Below are positions 1-8,929 of a stretch of 64,000 nt of DNA, one piece after another. Origin of the DNA: Candidatus Latescibacterota bacterium (GTDB lineage Bacteria; Latescibacterota; UBA2968; UBA8231). The number at the start of each line of letters is the position of its first letter. Positions within the stretch are counted from its first letter, which is position 1. The position numbers and the translations under genes are program-made. Location: contig OZ241362.1 of NCBI GenBank assembly GCA_965200315.1, forward strand, positions 3,488,001 to 3,552,000. The letters are read 5' to 3'. The notes under the pieces were generated by a model. It made no database searches. It saw only the letters and a list, made by a program, of their open reading frames with translations, and was not told the origin of the DNA.

Positions 1-276
1 ATGAGCGGGTTGCCCAAGGAGGGTTTCGACCGCATCGACGACCGCAGGATGCTCGGCAATGGGAGCCAATCCGGGCTCGGCGATTCGGTTGCCGCTGATG
101 GTGTACTTGCCGGGCGTGGGGTACTTCAGAGAGGATGGGTACGCTCCTGCACGGGCCATTTGCTGGACGATGCTTCTCAGTTCGGAGGTCTCCTGCGAGG
201 AGACGACGTCGCGGATGATGAGGTAGCCGTTTGTGCGGTAATCGGCAATTTGTTGATTGGTCAGGGTGCTGGTCAT
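1..276 (-). CDS. PhyH/phytanoyl-CoA dioxygenase family protein, 5' part (runs off window start)
   Basis: Manual minus-strand translation from ATG 276: MTSTLTNQQIADYRTNGYLIIRDVVSSQE...EHPAVVDAVETLLGQPAH, a typical PhyH N-terminus. Not in the ORF track. Confidence 0.8.
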   Translation of the reverse strand, partial: MTSTLTNQQIADYRTNGYLIIRDVVSSQETSELRSIVQQMARAGAYPSSLKYPTPGKYTISGNRIAEPGLAPIAEHPAVVDAVETLLGQPAH

Positions 277-361
277 AATGGCCTCGCCATGTGGTAGCAG
301 CGCGAAGTTATCACTGGGTCAATAGAATGAAAAAGCTCATCTTATGCAATTACCGTCGAGA

Positions 362-390
362 TTGACCGCCTTTGGGCAGGTATCTATTAT
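362..390 (+). promoter_or_regulatory. Candidate sigma70 promoter
   Basis: TTGACC-17 bp-TATTAT upstream of the Kelch gene. Confidence 0.5.
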
Positions 391-399
391 TGCAACTTC

Positions 400-2301
400 T
401 TGAGTATTGAAACGACAGAAGATGTACTCTGCAAACGAAGAAAGCTGGTCCCCATGCTGCTTGATTCCATTTCACTCCGATTCCTCTATCGAATAGGTTG
501 CCTCATGGTCATTTCCGCCGGACTTGCCGCGGCTGATACCTTGCCCGACGGGCCGGGCCTTCTCCTCGAAGATCGCGACGGACGCGTCTATGTCGCTGTC
601 CTTGGCTCCGAAGGAATTGTCGCTCGCAACGCCTCTGATGACGCCGACACTTGGGATGTCGTCGCCGAGGGGCGCGTTGAAGGTCTGCAGATTGCTCCCG
701 ACGGGGATTTGTGGATGGCCCGCGACGACGAGGTCTTGCGCTACCCGCGCCAGGGGGGCGAGCCGGTTTCTCGGACGCCTTCCTTCCTTCTTCAAGGGTC
801 GCCGGGCCCGTTGTTGGCGACGCGCTGGGGCGACGTCTGGTGCGCCGGGTGCGGCGCCGTGCGTCGGGGCGACGCCATGTTCGAGGCCGCGCCTGCCTCC
901 CCAACCGGGTGGGAGATCGCGCCGGTGTGCGACGATCCCTTCGGCAATGTGTGGGCTATTGCTGACGATGGCCAGCGGCGGGATATCGCCGTCCTGACGG
1001 ACCAACGTCCCCACGGCTGGCAGCGCCTCGACCTGCCGGCCGATCAACTCGCTGGCTCTTGGCAGGGTGCTGTCGCCGACGATGCCGGCTTCGTCTGGGT
1101 GGCTTTAGAGGCCGCCGTCTTGCGCGTCGATCCCCGCTCGTCCGGGCCTCACCGCTCCTTTGCCAATCCCGTCGATGCCCGCATCACTGCGATTGCGCGC
1201 GGCGGCGATCAGATCGTAGTCGGCTTTGCCGATGGCAGCTTGCGCGAGCTGACTGTGAATGCCGACGGTCCGCCGGCTTGGCGGGCGATTCAGACGGGTG
1301 GCGATGGTCCGGTGCAGGCGCTGCTGCACGCCCGGTCTGGTAGTCTTTGGGTGTTGAGGGCCGGGAAAGTTCAGCGTCTCGCCGATCTTGAGCAGTCTTG
1401 GCACGAGCACTGGGACGAGCAGCCGCGAATGCCAGCGGGCAACCACGACCACATTTTTGCTCGCATCGGCGACCGCCTGTACACCGCCGGGGGCAAGACC
1501 TTTTTCGGCTGGCCCGCATCGGAGTGGGTAAATCTCGACCACGTGTGGTCCTATCACATCCCCTCGGGCACGTGGCGCGTGGAGCCGCCCTTGCTGGAGC
1601 CGGGCAAGGCCTATTCCGGTATCGCCGCTCTCGACGACGAACTCTGGCTTTTAGGGGGTCTCTTCCGCGCCGGCAGCGGGACGCAGGCGACGGCGACCGT
1701 CGAGATCTTCGATCCCCGCACGCGGCGTTATCGCCTCGGCCCGCCGCTACCGCGCAAAGCAGGCCAAGTGGTGGCCCTCACCGTCAATGACCGGTTGTAC
1801 GCCGTGGGCGGTGCCGATGACGAAGGCCCGACGGCAGAGGTCTTGAGCATCGGAGCCGGGGAGACGAGTTGGCGGATCGACGCTCCTGCGCCCGGCCCAG
1901 TGTTGCAGGCCAGCGGCTGCGTTCTGGATGGCAAGATCTACATTGCCGCGGGCCCTTCGTCCCAGTGCCCGGGTCTGTTCGTCTATGACCCCGAGCGGGA
2001 TAGCTGGAGCCAGATTGAGCACCCGTCGCGGCCTCCGAGTGCTCCTCTCTGCACGGCCTTCAACGGCAGCGTCTGGGTCATGGGAGGACGGGGAGCCGAT
2101 AGCGGCCAGACAGCGACCTTTGCCTACGCGCCGGATACCGGCCAGTGGCGTCGCGGCCCCGACCTGCCCCTGCCGGTTAGCTGGGCTGCGGCTGCTGTTG
2201 TCAACGGCCGCCTGCTGATCGCCGGTGGTGCCTACCGCGACGAGCGGGTCGGCGACTTCTTCAACAGCGATAGCGTGTTCCTGCTGCGCGAGGCTAAGTG
2301 A
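400..2301 (+). CDS. Beta-propeller plus Kelch-repeat protein, probably secreted; true start may be ATG 454 or 505
   Basis: C-terminal Kelch repeats (LYTAGG, LWLLGG, LYAVGG, VWVMGG, LLIAGG with Y/W motifs); N-terminal D-x-x-G-x-V/L-W propeller motifs; hydrophobic signal-like segment. Confidence 0.8.
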   Translation: MSIETTEDVLCKRRKLVPMLLDSISLRFLYRIGCLMVISAGLAAADTLPDGPGLLLEDRDGRVYVAVLGSEGIVARNASDDADTWDVVAEGRVEGLQIAPDGDLWMARDDEVLRYPRQGGEPVSRTPSFLLQGSPGPLLATRWGDVWCAGCGAVRRGDAMFEAAPASPTGWEIAPVCDDPFGNVWAIADDGQRRDIAVLTDQRPHGWQRLDLPADQLAGSWQGAVADDAGFVWVALEAAVLRVDPRSSGPHRSFANPVDARITAIARGGDQIVVGFADGSLRELTVNADGPPAWRAIQTGGDGPVQALLHARSGSLWVLRAGKVQRLADLEQSWHEHWDEQPRMPAGNHDHIFARIGDRLYTAGGKTFFGWPASEWVNLDHVWSYHIPSGTWRVEPPLLEPGKAYSGIAALDDELWLLGGLFRAGSGTQATATVEIFDPRTRRYRLGPPLPRKAGQVVALTVNDRLYAVGGADDEGPTAEVLSIGAGETSWRIDAPAPGPVLQASGCVLDGKIYIAAGPSSQCPGLFVYDPERDSWSQIEHPSRPPSAPLCTAFNGSVWVMGGRGADSGQTATFAYAPDTGQWRRGPDLPLPVSWAAAAVVNGRLLIAGGAYRDERVGDFFNSDSVFLLREAK

Positions 2302-2305
2302 TTTT

Positions 2306-3346
2306 TCAATGTTCCACTAAGCGTCGGGTACAGGCTAGGACGTACTCGATATCGTCTGCCTTGATGTGGCGGTGAAAAACCAAGCGCACCCGGTGCGGCG
2401 GACGGGGATGGCTCAGGATGCCGCAAGCCTTCCAGCGGTCCACCAATTCTTGGCCGCTCCAGCCCAGACGGCTGCAATCTACGGTCGCGAAATTGGTCGG
2501 GTGCGGCGGTTGAATGGATTCGAGTCCATCAATGTTGGCCAGCCCCTCGTGCAGCAATTGGGCGTGGGCTTGGTCCTCGGCTAGGCGCTCGACCATGGTC
2601 TCCAAGGCCACGATGGCCGCGGCCGCGACAATCCCGGCCTGTCGCATGGCACCGCCTAGGCGCGAGCGCACCTGCCGGGCCCGCTCGATAAACTCGCGCT
2701 GCCCGCACAACAGCGAGCCCACGGGTGCGCTGAGGCCCTTGGAGGCGCAGAACATTACTGAATCGGCGTGCTTGGTATAGGCGCGCACATCCACGCTCAC
2801 GGCTATGGCCGCGTTGAAGATGCGCGCTCCGTCAATGTGCAAATTGAGCCCGCGTTTGTGGGCGGCTGCGGCCACGGCTTCCACTTGGGCAGGCAACCAA
2901 GCCGAGCCGCCGCTCAAATTGTGAGGATTCTCAATCCACACCAGCGAGGGACGGGCGCGGTTGGGGTTGGCTTGGTCTGCGATCTCGTCCACTTGCTCGG
3001 GCCGCATGACGCCGAATTCCAGCGGCACTGCGCGCGCGGCTAGACAGGCTTCGGCCGCGGATTGGGCCCGGTAGCCGCCAAAGACGTGTGCCCCGGCCGC
3101 GTACACCACCTCGTCGCCCGGCCGCGTGTGCGCCACTAAGGCACAGCGGTTGCCCATGGAGCCAGAGGGCACGTACAGCCCCGCCTCCATGCCCACTTTG
3201 GCGGCCGCCAGTTCCTCCAGCCGATTGACCGTGGGGTCTTCGCCGTACGCGTCGTCGCCCACGGGTGCCGCCATCATGGCTGCCCGCATCGCCTCGGTCG
3301 GCCGGGTCACTGTATCGCTGCGCAAATCCACTCTTCGCTCTGTCAT
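2306..3346 (-). CDS. ltaE: Low-specificity L-threonine aldolase
   Basis: [50 protein letters not shown] motifs. Confidence 0.92.
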   Translation of the reverse strand: MTERRVDLRSDTVTRPTEAMRAAMMAAPVGDDAYGEDPTVNRLEELAAAKVGMEAGLYVPSGSMGNRCALVAHTRPGDEVVYAAGAHVFGGYRAQSAAEACLAARAVPLEFGVMRPEQVDEIADQANPNRARPSLVWIENPHNLSGGSAWLPAQVEAVAAAAHKRGLNLHIDGARIFNAAIAVSVDVRAYTKHADSVMFCASKGLSAPVGSLLCGQREFIERARQVRSRLGGAMRQAGIVAAAAIVALETMVERLAEDQAHAQLLHEGLANIDGLESIQPPHPTNFATVDCSRLGWSGQELVDRWKACGILSHPRPPHRVRLVFHRHIKADDIEYVLACTRRLVEH

Positions 3347-3463
3347 GGAATGCTCCTTTCTGTCGTGATAATTTGGGAGTTGGGGTCAAATTTCTCGCTT
3401 GAGAACTTTCTGTTCGAGTACGAACAATTAAACGCCGGCGAAACAATAGAAAAGATATAATCA

Positions 3464-4339
3464 ATGCCTACAATGACGGTGAATGGCGCGTCCATTGTAT
3501 ATGAAATTTTTGGCAAGGGACCGCTGCTGGTATGGACGGAAGGAGGGCGCTTTGGTCGCAACGAATTGAGCTATTTGGTGGCTGGCCATTTTTCTCGTCA
3601 ATACTCAGTGCTGGTTTGGGATCGGCGCAATGGGATCGGCGCGTCTGATGTTGCACTGGCGGATAGTCCGAGCTATATGACTACAGACGTAGCGGATCTT
3701 CATGCACTCCTGAGGAACTTAGCGCTAGGTCCCGCTTGTTTCGCTGGCGCGTCAGCCGGTAGCAGTTTATCGCTTTGGATGGCGCATCGATACCCAGAAG
3801 ATGTGAAGTCGCTCATTCTGTTTTCTGCACCTACTGACGATGTAGCATTGTTTAGAATAGGTGTTTACAAGCATTGTTTTAGCCTTGCAGAGATAGCGGA
3901 ACGCGGAGGTATGCAAGCCGCGATTGATGCGTCAACAGAGTCGTGGTTCTGCGAACTCGAGGGCCAATCCTCCGAACGGGGCACTTGGTTGGCGCAAACG
4001 ATCTATCGGAATCCGAGCAATCGAGCGCGCGTTTTGGCGATAGAGCCGCAGTTGTTTGCCGCAACAATGCGTCGCTGGGGCAAATTCTTCTTATCAATGA
4101 GCTGGCCCGCAGGACTGACCGAAGCGGATCTACGCTCGATTTCTTTTTCCGTTATGATTGTGCCGGGGGACGATGAAATACACCCTCGACGAAGCGCCGA
4201 GCGACTCCTAGCTCTGCTAGCGCAAGCGGAAATGATAGAGTTCCCCGCTACAGTCCCTGCGGAAGCTGCGGCGATGGAGAAGTTTTATTCCGTCTTTCCA
4301 GCGATGGATGAATTTCTGACGCGGACATTACTTGATTGA
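3464..4339 (+). CDS. Alpha/beta fold hydrolase
   Basis: GASAG nucleophile elbow, WDRRN, PGDDEIHP; lower GC than flanks. Confidence 0.8.
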   Translation: MPTMTVNGASIVYEIFGKGPLLVWTEGGRFGRNELSYLVAGHFSRQYSVLVWDRRNGIGASDVALADSPSYMTTDVADLHALLRNLALGPACFAGASAGSSLSLWMAHRYPEDVKSLILFSAPTDDVALFRIGVYKHCFSLAEIAERGGMQAAIDASTESWFCELEGQSSERGTWLAQTIYRNPSNRARVLAIEPQLFAATMRRWGKFFLSMSWPAGLTEADLRSISFSVMIVPGDDEIHPRRSAERLLALLAQAEMIEFPATVPAEAAAMEKFYSVFPAMDEFLTRTLLD

Positions 4340-5133
4340 GCGATGATAAACCTTGCATCGAGACGTGTAAACGAGCTAACGTGAAGTCGCATAAATTCAT
4401 TGACTATACATATCTGGAGATCAAGTCGCTTATTGACGGTGGGTGTTTGGCGATTGTACCCACTGGATGTACAGAGCAGCAGGGGCCACATTTGCCGGTG
4501 GATTTCGATACTTGGTTTGCGGAAGCGGTCGCCCTAGAAGCTGCACAGCACGCGGCACGCTATCACACTGTGCGTGCTTTGGTTTTGCCGACCATGCCTT
4601 TTGGACCCACGCCCGAACATCGGGGCTTTGGCTCGGGATATGTCAATATCCCACACGCTGTGCATGAACAGTACGTCTATTTCGTCCTTGAATCACTTGC
4701 AGAGCAGGGTTTTGATACTATCGTTGTCTGGCGCGGCTGCGGCGAGCATCGACTAGAGGAGGCATTGAACAGGTTTAACGCAAAATTCCGCCCTTCATGC
4801 GTGGCCTACCTTCCCTCTCTGCCTTACCATGACATTTGGTGCCGTGTAGCTGATCCAAGCGTCTTAGGGGGACACGCCGACAGTTTCACGACTTCAATCG
4901 CCCTGCATCGGCGTCCAGACACGGTCCGACTCGACAGGATCCCGTCAACTAGCTCAAGGGAGGTGGATTGGAACGATCCGCAGCTCGATTTCACGAACTA
5001 TTCAGACACTGGTGTCATAGGCGACGCGACTCAAGCGAGTGCCGAGTTGGGACACAGGCTTTGGCAAGAGGTCATATTGACCGCGGCAGCGATATTCAGA
5101 GATTGCCAAGATCAATCAATCAGCGGCCTGTAG
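4336..5133 (+). CDS. Creatininase family protein
   Basis: PTGCTEQQGPHLPVDFD, TPEH, GGHADSFTTS, TGVIGD motifs. Confidence 0.85.
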   Translation: MSDDKPCIETCKRANVKSHKFIDYTYLEIKSLIDGGCLAIVPTGCTEQQGPHLPVDFDTWFAEAVALEAAQHAARYHTVRALVLPTMPFGPTPEHRGFGSGYVNIPHAVHEQYVYFVLESLAEQGFDTIVVWRGCGEHRLEEALNRFNAKFRPSCVAYLPSLPYHDIWCRVADPSVLGGHADSFTTSIALHRRPDTVRLDRIPSTSSREVDWNDPQLDFTNYSDTGVIGDATQASAELGHRLWQEVILTAAAIFRDCQDQSISGL

Positions 5134-5158
5134 TGATCGCCTGAGAACTACCGGCCAA

Positions 5159-5395
5159 GTATTCTATAACTTTCATCGGCAGACACCCGACGAGGGAAGA
5201 GTCCGCGAAGCCATTGAACAACTGGGTGAAAATCAGGCGGGTATATTGGTGCTGCACCACGCCATCCTCGCGTTTCCGCAGTGGCAATCGTGGTCGGACC
5301 TGTGCGGCATTCAAGAGCGCAGTTTCTATTTCAAGGTTGACCAAAACCTGCATGTTGACGTCGTGAATCCGCAGCATCCCATCCTCCAAGGATTG
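5159..5395 (+). pseudogene. Internal fragment of a ThuA-like (class I glutamine amidotransferase fold) protein
   Basis: VFYNFHRQTP...GILVLHHAILAFPQW...VVNPQHPILQGL, with no proper start or C-terminus. Confidence 0.55.
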
Positions 5396-5397
5396 GC

Positions 5398-5466
5398 GAC
5401 ATCAATGCCGACCGTCTGGAGATTGCCGAGCAGATTGGCGCGGCTGAAATCGTTGTGAATGTTGCA
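5398..5466 (+). pseudogene. Short fragment of a Zn-binding alcohol dehydrogenase
   Basis: DINADRLEIAEQIGAAEIVVNVA resembles the MDR Rossmann-fold D-x-x-x-x-R-L-E-x-A-x-x-x-G-A segment. Confidence 0.5.
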
Positions 5467-5469
5467 GGG

Positions 5470-6459
5470 ATTGGTCACCCCGGTCGCCCAACCCACTACG
5501 CCTCCGTGCGAACTCCCTCCCGTGAGAAAATCCGTCACCTCTTCCCACTTGCCGTACCAATGCCCGCCCAACAACGCGGTGGAGGCGGGAAACACATCGC
5601 TGCCAAAGACCTTATCGCGGCCCCCAGCCTTCTGCACGGCGGCGCGAAATTCTCCCATGCGCTCGGCTAGTATATGGGCGCGGAACTGCACCCAATCGAG
5701 CACGGCCCCATCTTGAGCCAACAACCCCAGAAAATCCATCAAGCCCGGACGGCCCGCAGCCAAAGCCCGCACGTCGCCCAAAGTCAATTGCTGTAAGCTC
5801 TGGCGCAGGGCCAGCACGCCGCGCCGCATAGCCGCAAAATCGTAGCCCAAGCGCACGGCTTCGTCCTCGCAGTTGGCACAGCCGCAGGCCATCAGGCTGT
5901 GCACGTTGGCCGGGGCTGGATAGCGGGCGTGATCCACGTCAAAGCCGTCGATAGCGTGGCGCTGCACCGCTTCCACCAAGCAGTCGCGCGTCCACTCGTT
6001 GATCGCCTTGTGGCTCGGACACAGGCCAATGCCCCACTCCTGATAGCGCCGATCCAATAGCCGCCCCTCCAGATCGCGCAGGGCGAATTCGGGATAGACC
6101 TCGCCGCCGTAGCTCCACAAGCCGATGTGTCCCCACACCTCAATCCCCGTGCTTTTACACGCTTCGATGACGCGCTGCAAGGGCGCATCGTCAAAGCCGC
6201 TGATAATCCCGGCCACCGGCGGATAGATACCCTCTGCGCCGCGTGGCCAGGCATCGAGACGCTGACGCCAGTCTTCAAAGGGGCCCCGCTGGGCCAACTC
6301 CGCGGAGGCGCTGAAGCCCGAGGTATGGCACACCGGACTTTCGGGCATAATCGTCGTCAGGCCGACCGCGTCCTTGAGCTTTTGCAGGGATTCGGGATGC
6401 CGGGCCACGTATTCTGTCTGGCAAAACCAGATGCGGCGAGATTTATGCGTGGACGTCAT
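5470..6459 (-). pseudogene. TIM-barrel glycoside-hydrolase-like protein (GHL10-like), apparently C-terminally truncated
   Basis: ATG 6459 overlaps the NUDIX stop; GIEVWGH, LCPS, IDGFDVDHARYP; the ORF then runs into the opposite strand of the ADH/ThuA fragments. Confidence 0.55.
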
Positions 6460-7055
6460 ACGTTGTCTGGCTCCATCCAAGCGACCAACTGGCGCACGAT
6501 GCGAAAGGTTAGCCCCCACAACAGCGGCCGGCCCGGCCCCAACAGGTCAAGCGCCGGAAATGTCTGCTCTGCGCCGCGGCGTTGCAGTCGGTACTGAGTC
6601 CGCTTACCGGGATCGCGCAATGGGTCGGCCCCCACCCAAAAGACCGACTCGATCTCGTGATTGAGGACCAAGGCCGCTGGCGTCTCCAGGCAATAGACGA
6701 AGCCAGATACCACCACTGGCAACATGTGTCCGGTCAAGTCATCGACTCGGCCCCAATACTCGGCATTGGACAGATCGAGCCCGACCTCCTCCAAGGTCTC
6801 GCGCTCGGCCGCCGCTCGCGGCGACGGATCGTCTGCCTCAATGCGCCCGCCGGGAAAGGCGATATGCCCGGACCAAGGATCGTCCGGGTGCTGGGCGCGT
6901 TCGATAAAGAGCAACTGCAAGCCCTCCGGCGTCGGCCCCAAGACCACGGACACCGCGGCTCGCGTCTTGTCCGTAGCGCCGACGAGGTAGGGTTGGTGCT
7001 GAGCGAGCCTCACCTGCACCGCAGCCCAAGCGCCTAGATCCACGATCGCTTCCAA
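6456..7055 (-). CDS. CoA pyrophosphatase (NUDIX, NudL-like)
   Basis: LFIERA...SGHIAFPGG, Nudix box AAERETLEEVGL, LWGLT. Confidence 0.9.
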   Translation of the reverse strand: MEAIVDLGAWAAVQVRLAQHQPYLVGATDKTRAAVSVVLGPTPEGLQLLFIERAQHPDDPWSGHIAFPGGRIEADDPSPRAAAERETLEEVGLDLSNAEYWGRVDDLTGHMLPVVVSGFVYCLETPAALVLNHEIESVFWVGADPLRDPGKRTQYRLQRRGAEQTFPALDLLGPGRPLLWGLTFRIVRQLVAWMEPDNV

Positions 7056-7058
7056 TCG

Positions 7059-8522
7059 CTAAATGTCGTCGAAGGGATAGAGTTTGCGACCCAGCCGCTT
7101 AAAGGCCAGTTTGGCATCGGCCGGAGCGTGTACCGACGGTTCGGAGATCACTTGGATTTGGCCGGCCCACGGCTCAAAACCAGCGCGGAAATGGGCTGCG
7201 GACTTGACGCCGACATAGCGCATCTGCTTTGGGTCCAAGCCCAAAGTGCGGGAAAACGCCGTGCAAAACGGTTGCTCGCGCTTGTTCACCAACAGCACGT
7301 GTACGCCGCCTTGGCGGATGTGGGCTGAGGGCCCCATGGTGCCATCTAAGCCGGCGTACATCGGTCCGTCGTAGCGGAAGGCTCCGTCGCTCAAGGCCAC
7401 TACTTCGGCCCGCATGGCGCAAGGCTCGCCTTGTAAGGAAGACGCCTTGCCGCCCACCTCTAAATCGATCACCGCACCGACGCCCGCTTGGTGGCAAGCG
7501 GCCACGGCTTCGGGGTCGACGATGTACAGTACGCAGGCGTCTTGTAGATCGGCTGCTAAAAAAGTCCGCAATAGCCCGGTGCTGTCGCCGGGCGAACCGC
7601 CGCCGGTATTGTCGTTGCGATCGGCCAAGATCACGGGGTAGCGATCCGTCTTGTCGGCTGCTTGCAGTGCTTCTGTGGTAGAGGGCATGGCCGCCTGCCA
7701 ATCGGCCCGACGCTCCCAGAGCCAAGCGGCCAACTCGTCGGCGCAGGATTGGGCTAGGGCGGGGTCGTTGTCGGTGGCTACGTACACCGATGCACCCATA
7801 TCGGGGATGTCGGCTAGGGGGAAACAGGTGGCTATGGAGCCGCAGATCACGCCGGGCCGCGCCTCAATCCGCTGCAGGTATTCGATGGCTTGGCGCATGG
7901 GTGGATGGGCCGTCACTTGGTTCATGCCCCAGACTAGGGGCAGTTGGTGCAAGGCCATGGTCGGCCGCACGCCTTCCCGCACCATGCTCACCAGCACATC
8001 GGCGCACTCGCGGCCTCTCGGTGCCATATCGACCTCTGGATAGGTCTCCCGCCCAATCAGGACATCGGCAGTCTCGATCATGGCGTGGGAGACATTGGAG
8101 TGGATGTCCAGTTGCCCGACAACGGGCATATCTGGGCCGACTAAACGGCGCACCGCAGCCAAGATGTGCCCTTCGGCGTCGTCAATGCCCTCGGCTACCA
8201 TGGCCCCGTGCAATTCCAGTAAAACCCCGTCGATAGCACCCGCCGCTTCGATGCCGTCGAGCAGTTCGTCCACTAGCCGGTCGAAAATGGGGCGAGGTGT
8301 CGGGGCGCTGGGGAAAGCCTCGGCTAACATCGTTGGCACTGCTTCAAAGCCGTGCGCCTCGGCCCCTTCGATGAAACCGCCTATAGGCGTATTGACCCCG
8401 GTAAAGCGCTCGACGATTGCCGCACCGTGGAGATAGCTGCGCTCCCGGAAACTGTCCAAGGTGGTGGCTACGTTCGTGAAGGTACTGCTCTCGTGGGAAA
8501 TGCCTCCGATTGCTACGCGCAT
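7059..8522 (-). CDS. M81 family metallopeptidase (MlrC-like)
   Basis: MRVAIGGISHESSTF, LELHGAM, LDIHSN, YPEVD, DNTGGG, VKSAAHFRAGF. Confidence 0.9.
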   Translation of the reverse strand: MRVAIGGISHESSTFTNVATTLDSFRERSYLHGAAIVERFTGVNTPIGGFIEGAEAHGFEAVPTMLAEAFPSAPTPRPIFDRLVDELLDGIEAAGAIDGVLLELHGAMVAEGIDDAEGHILAAVRRLVGPDMPVVGQLDIHSNVSHAMIETADVLIGRETYPEVDMAPRGRECADVLVSMVREGVRPTMALHQLPLVWGMNQVTAHPPMRQAIEYLQRIEARPGVICGSIATCFPLADIPDMGASVYVATDNDPALAQSCADELAAWLWERRADWQAAMPSTTEALQAADKTDRYPVILADRNDNTGGGSPGDSTGLLRTFLAADLQDACVLYIVDPEAVAACHQAGVGAVIDLEVGGKASSLQGEPCAMRAEVVALSDGAFRYDGPMYAGLDGTMGPSAHIRQGGVHVLLVNKREQPFCTAFSRTLGLDPKQMRYVGVKSAAHFRAGFEPWAGQIQVISEPSVHAPADAKLAFKRLGRKLYPFDDI

Positions 8523-8666
8523 CTGCTGCTCCTTTCGGTTTTTTGCCCTAAAAACTTGGCCTGCGGTCATGTCCTCAATGCAAAGCCGCTTGAACTGATA
8601 TATATTTTTTGAACTGATGTTACGTAGTTTTCATATAGCCTGTGCCGCTTCCTGCCGCTCCCCGTT

Positions 8667-8720
8667 GTCATTCCCGCGCAAGAACGTCACCCCGTGCCCC
8701 GACACGGGGCAGGAATCCAG
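8667..8720. repeat. REP-like palindrome with a second palindrome nested inside it
   Basis: GTCATTCCCGCGCA...GCAGGAATCCAG interrupted by CCCCGTGCCCCGACACGGGG; a further hairpin TGCCTGC..GCAGGCA lies at 8785-8807. Confidence 0.55.
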
Positions 8721-8929
8721 CTCAACCCCTCGGCCTGTTGTCTATGGGCAGGCTCCGGCCGGCGGCTTTGCGGCGCGTTCTAGATGCCTGCTTGCGGAGC
8801 GCAGGCAGGACCGGCGGGGATACAGGGATACCATCCTGCCCGGGCAGTGCCCAAGCGGGCTGAAAGATGCGTAACATCGGTTGCAAATATAAGGCTCTAA
8901 TACTTCCATTCCCAAAGGAGCAATAATTT

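Noticed and set aside
1-297. 98-aa plus-strand ORF from the track
   Set aside because: Shadow of the minus-strand PhyH gene (1-276), which has recognisable motifs
8640-8900. Cobalamin riboswitch upstream of the TonB receptor
   Set aside because: No recognisable B12-box (GCCACTG...GGGAAG) or conserved GGGAA/T-loop arrangement on the + strand; the hairpins fit REP-like elements better
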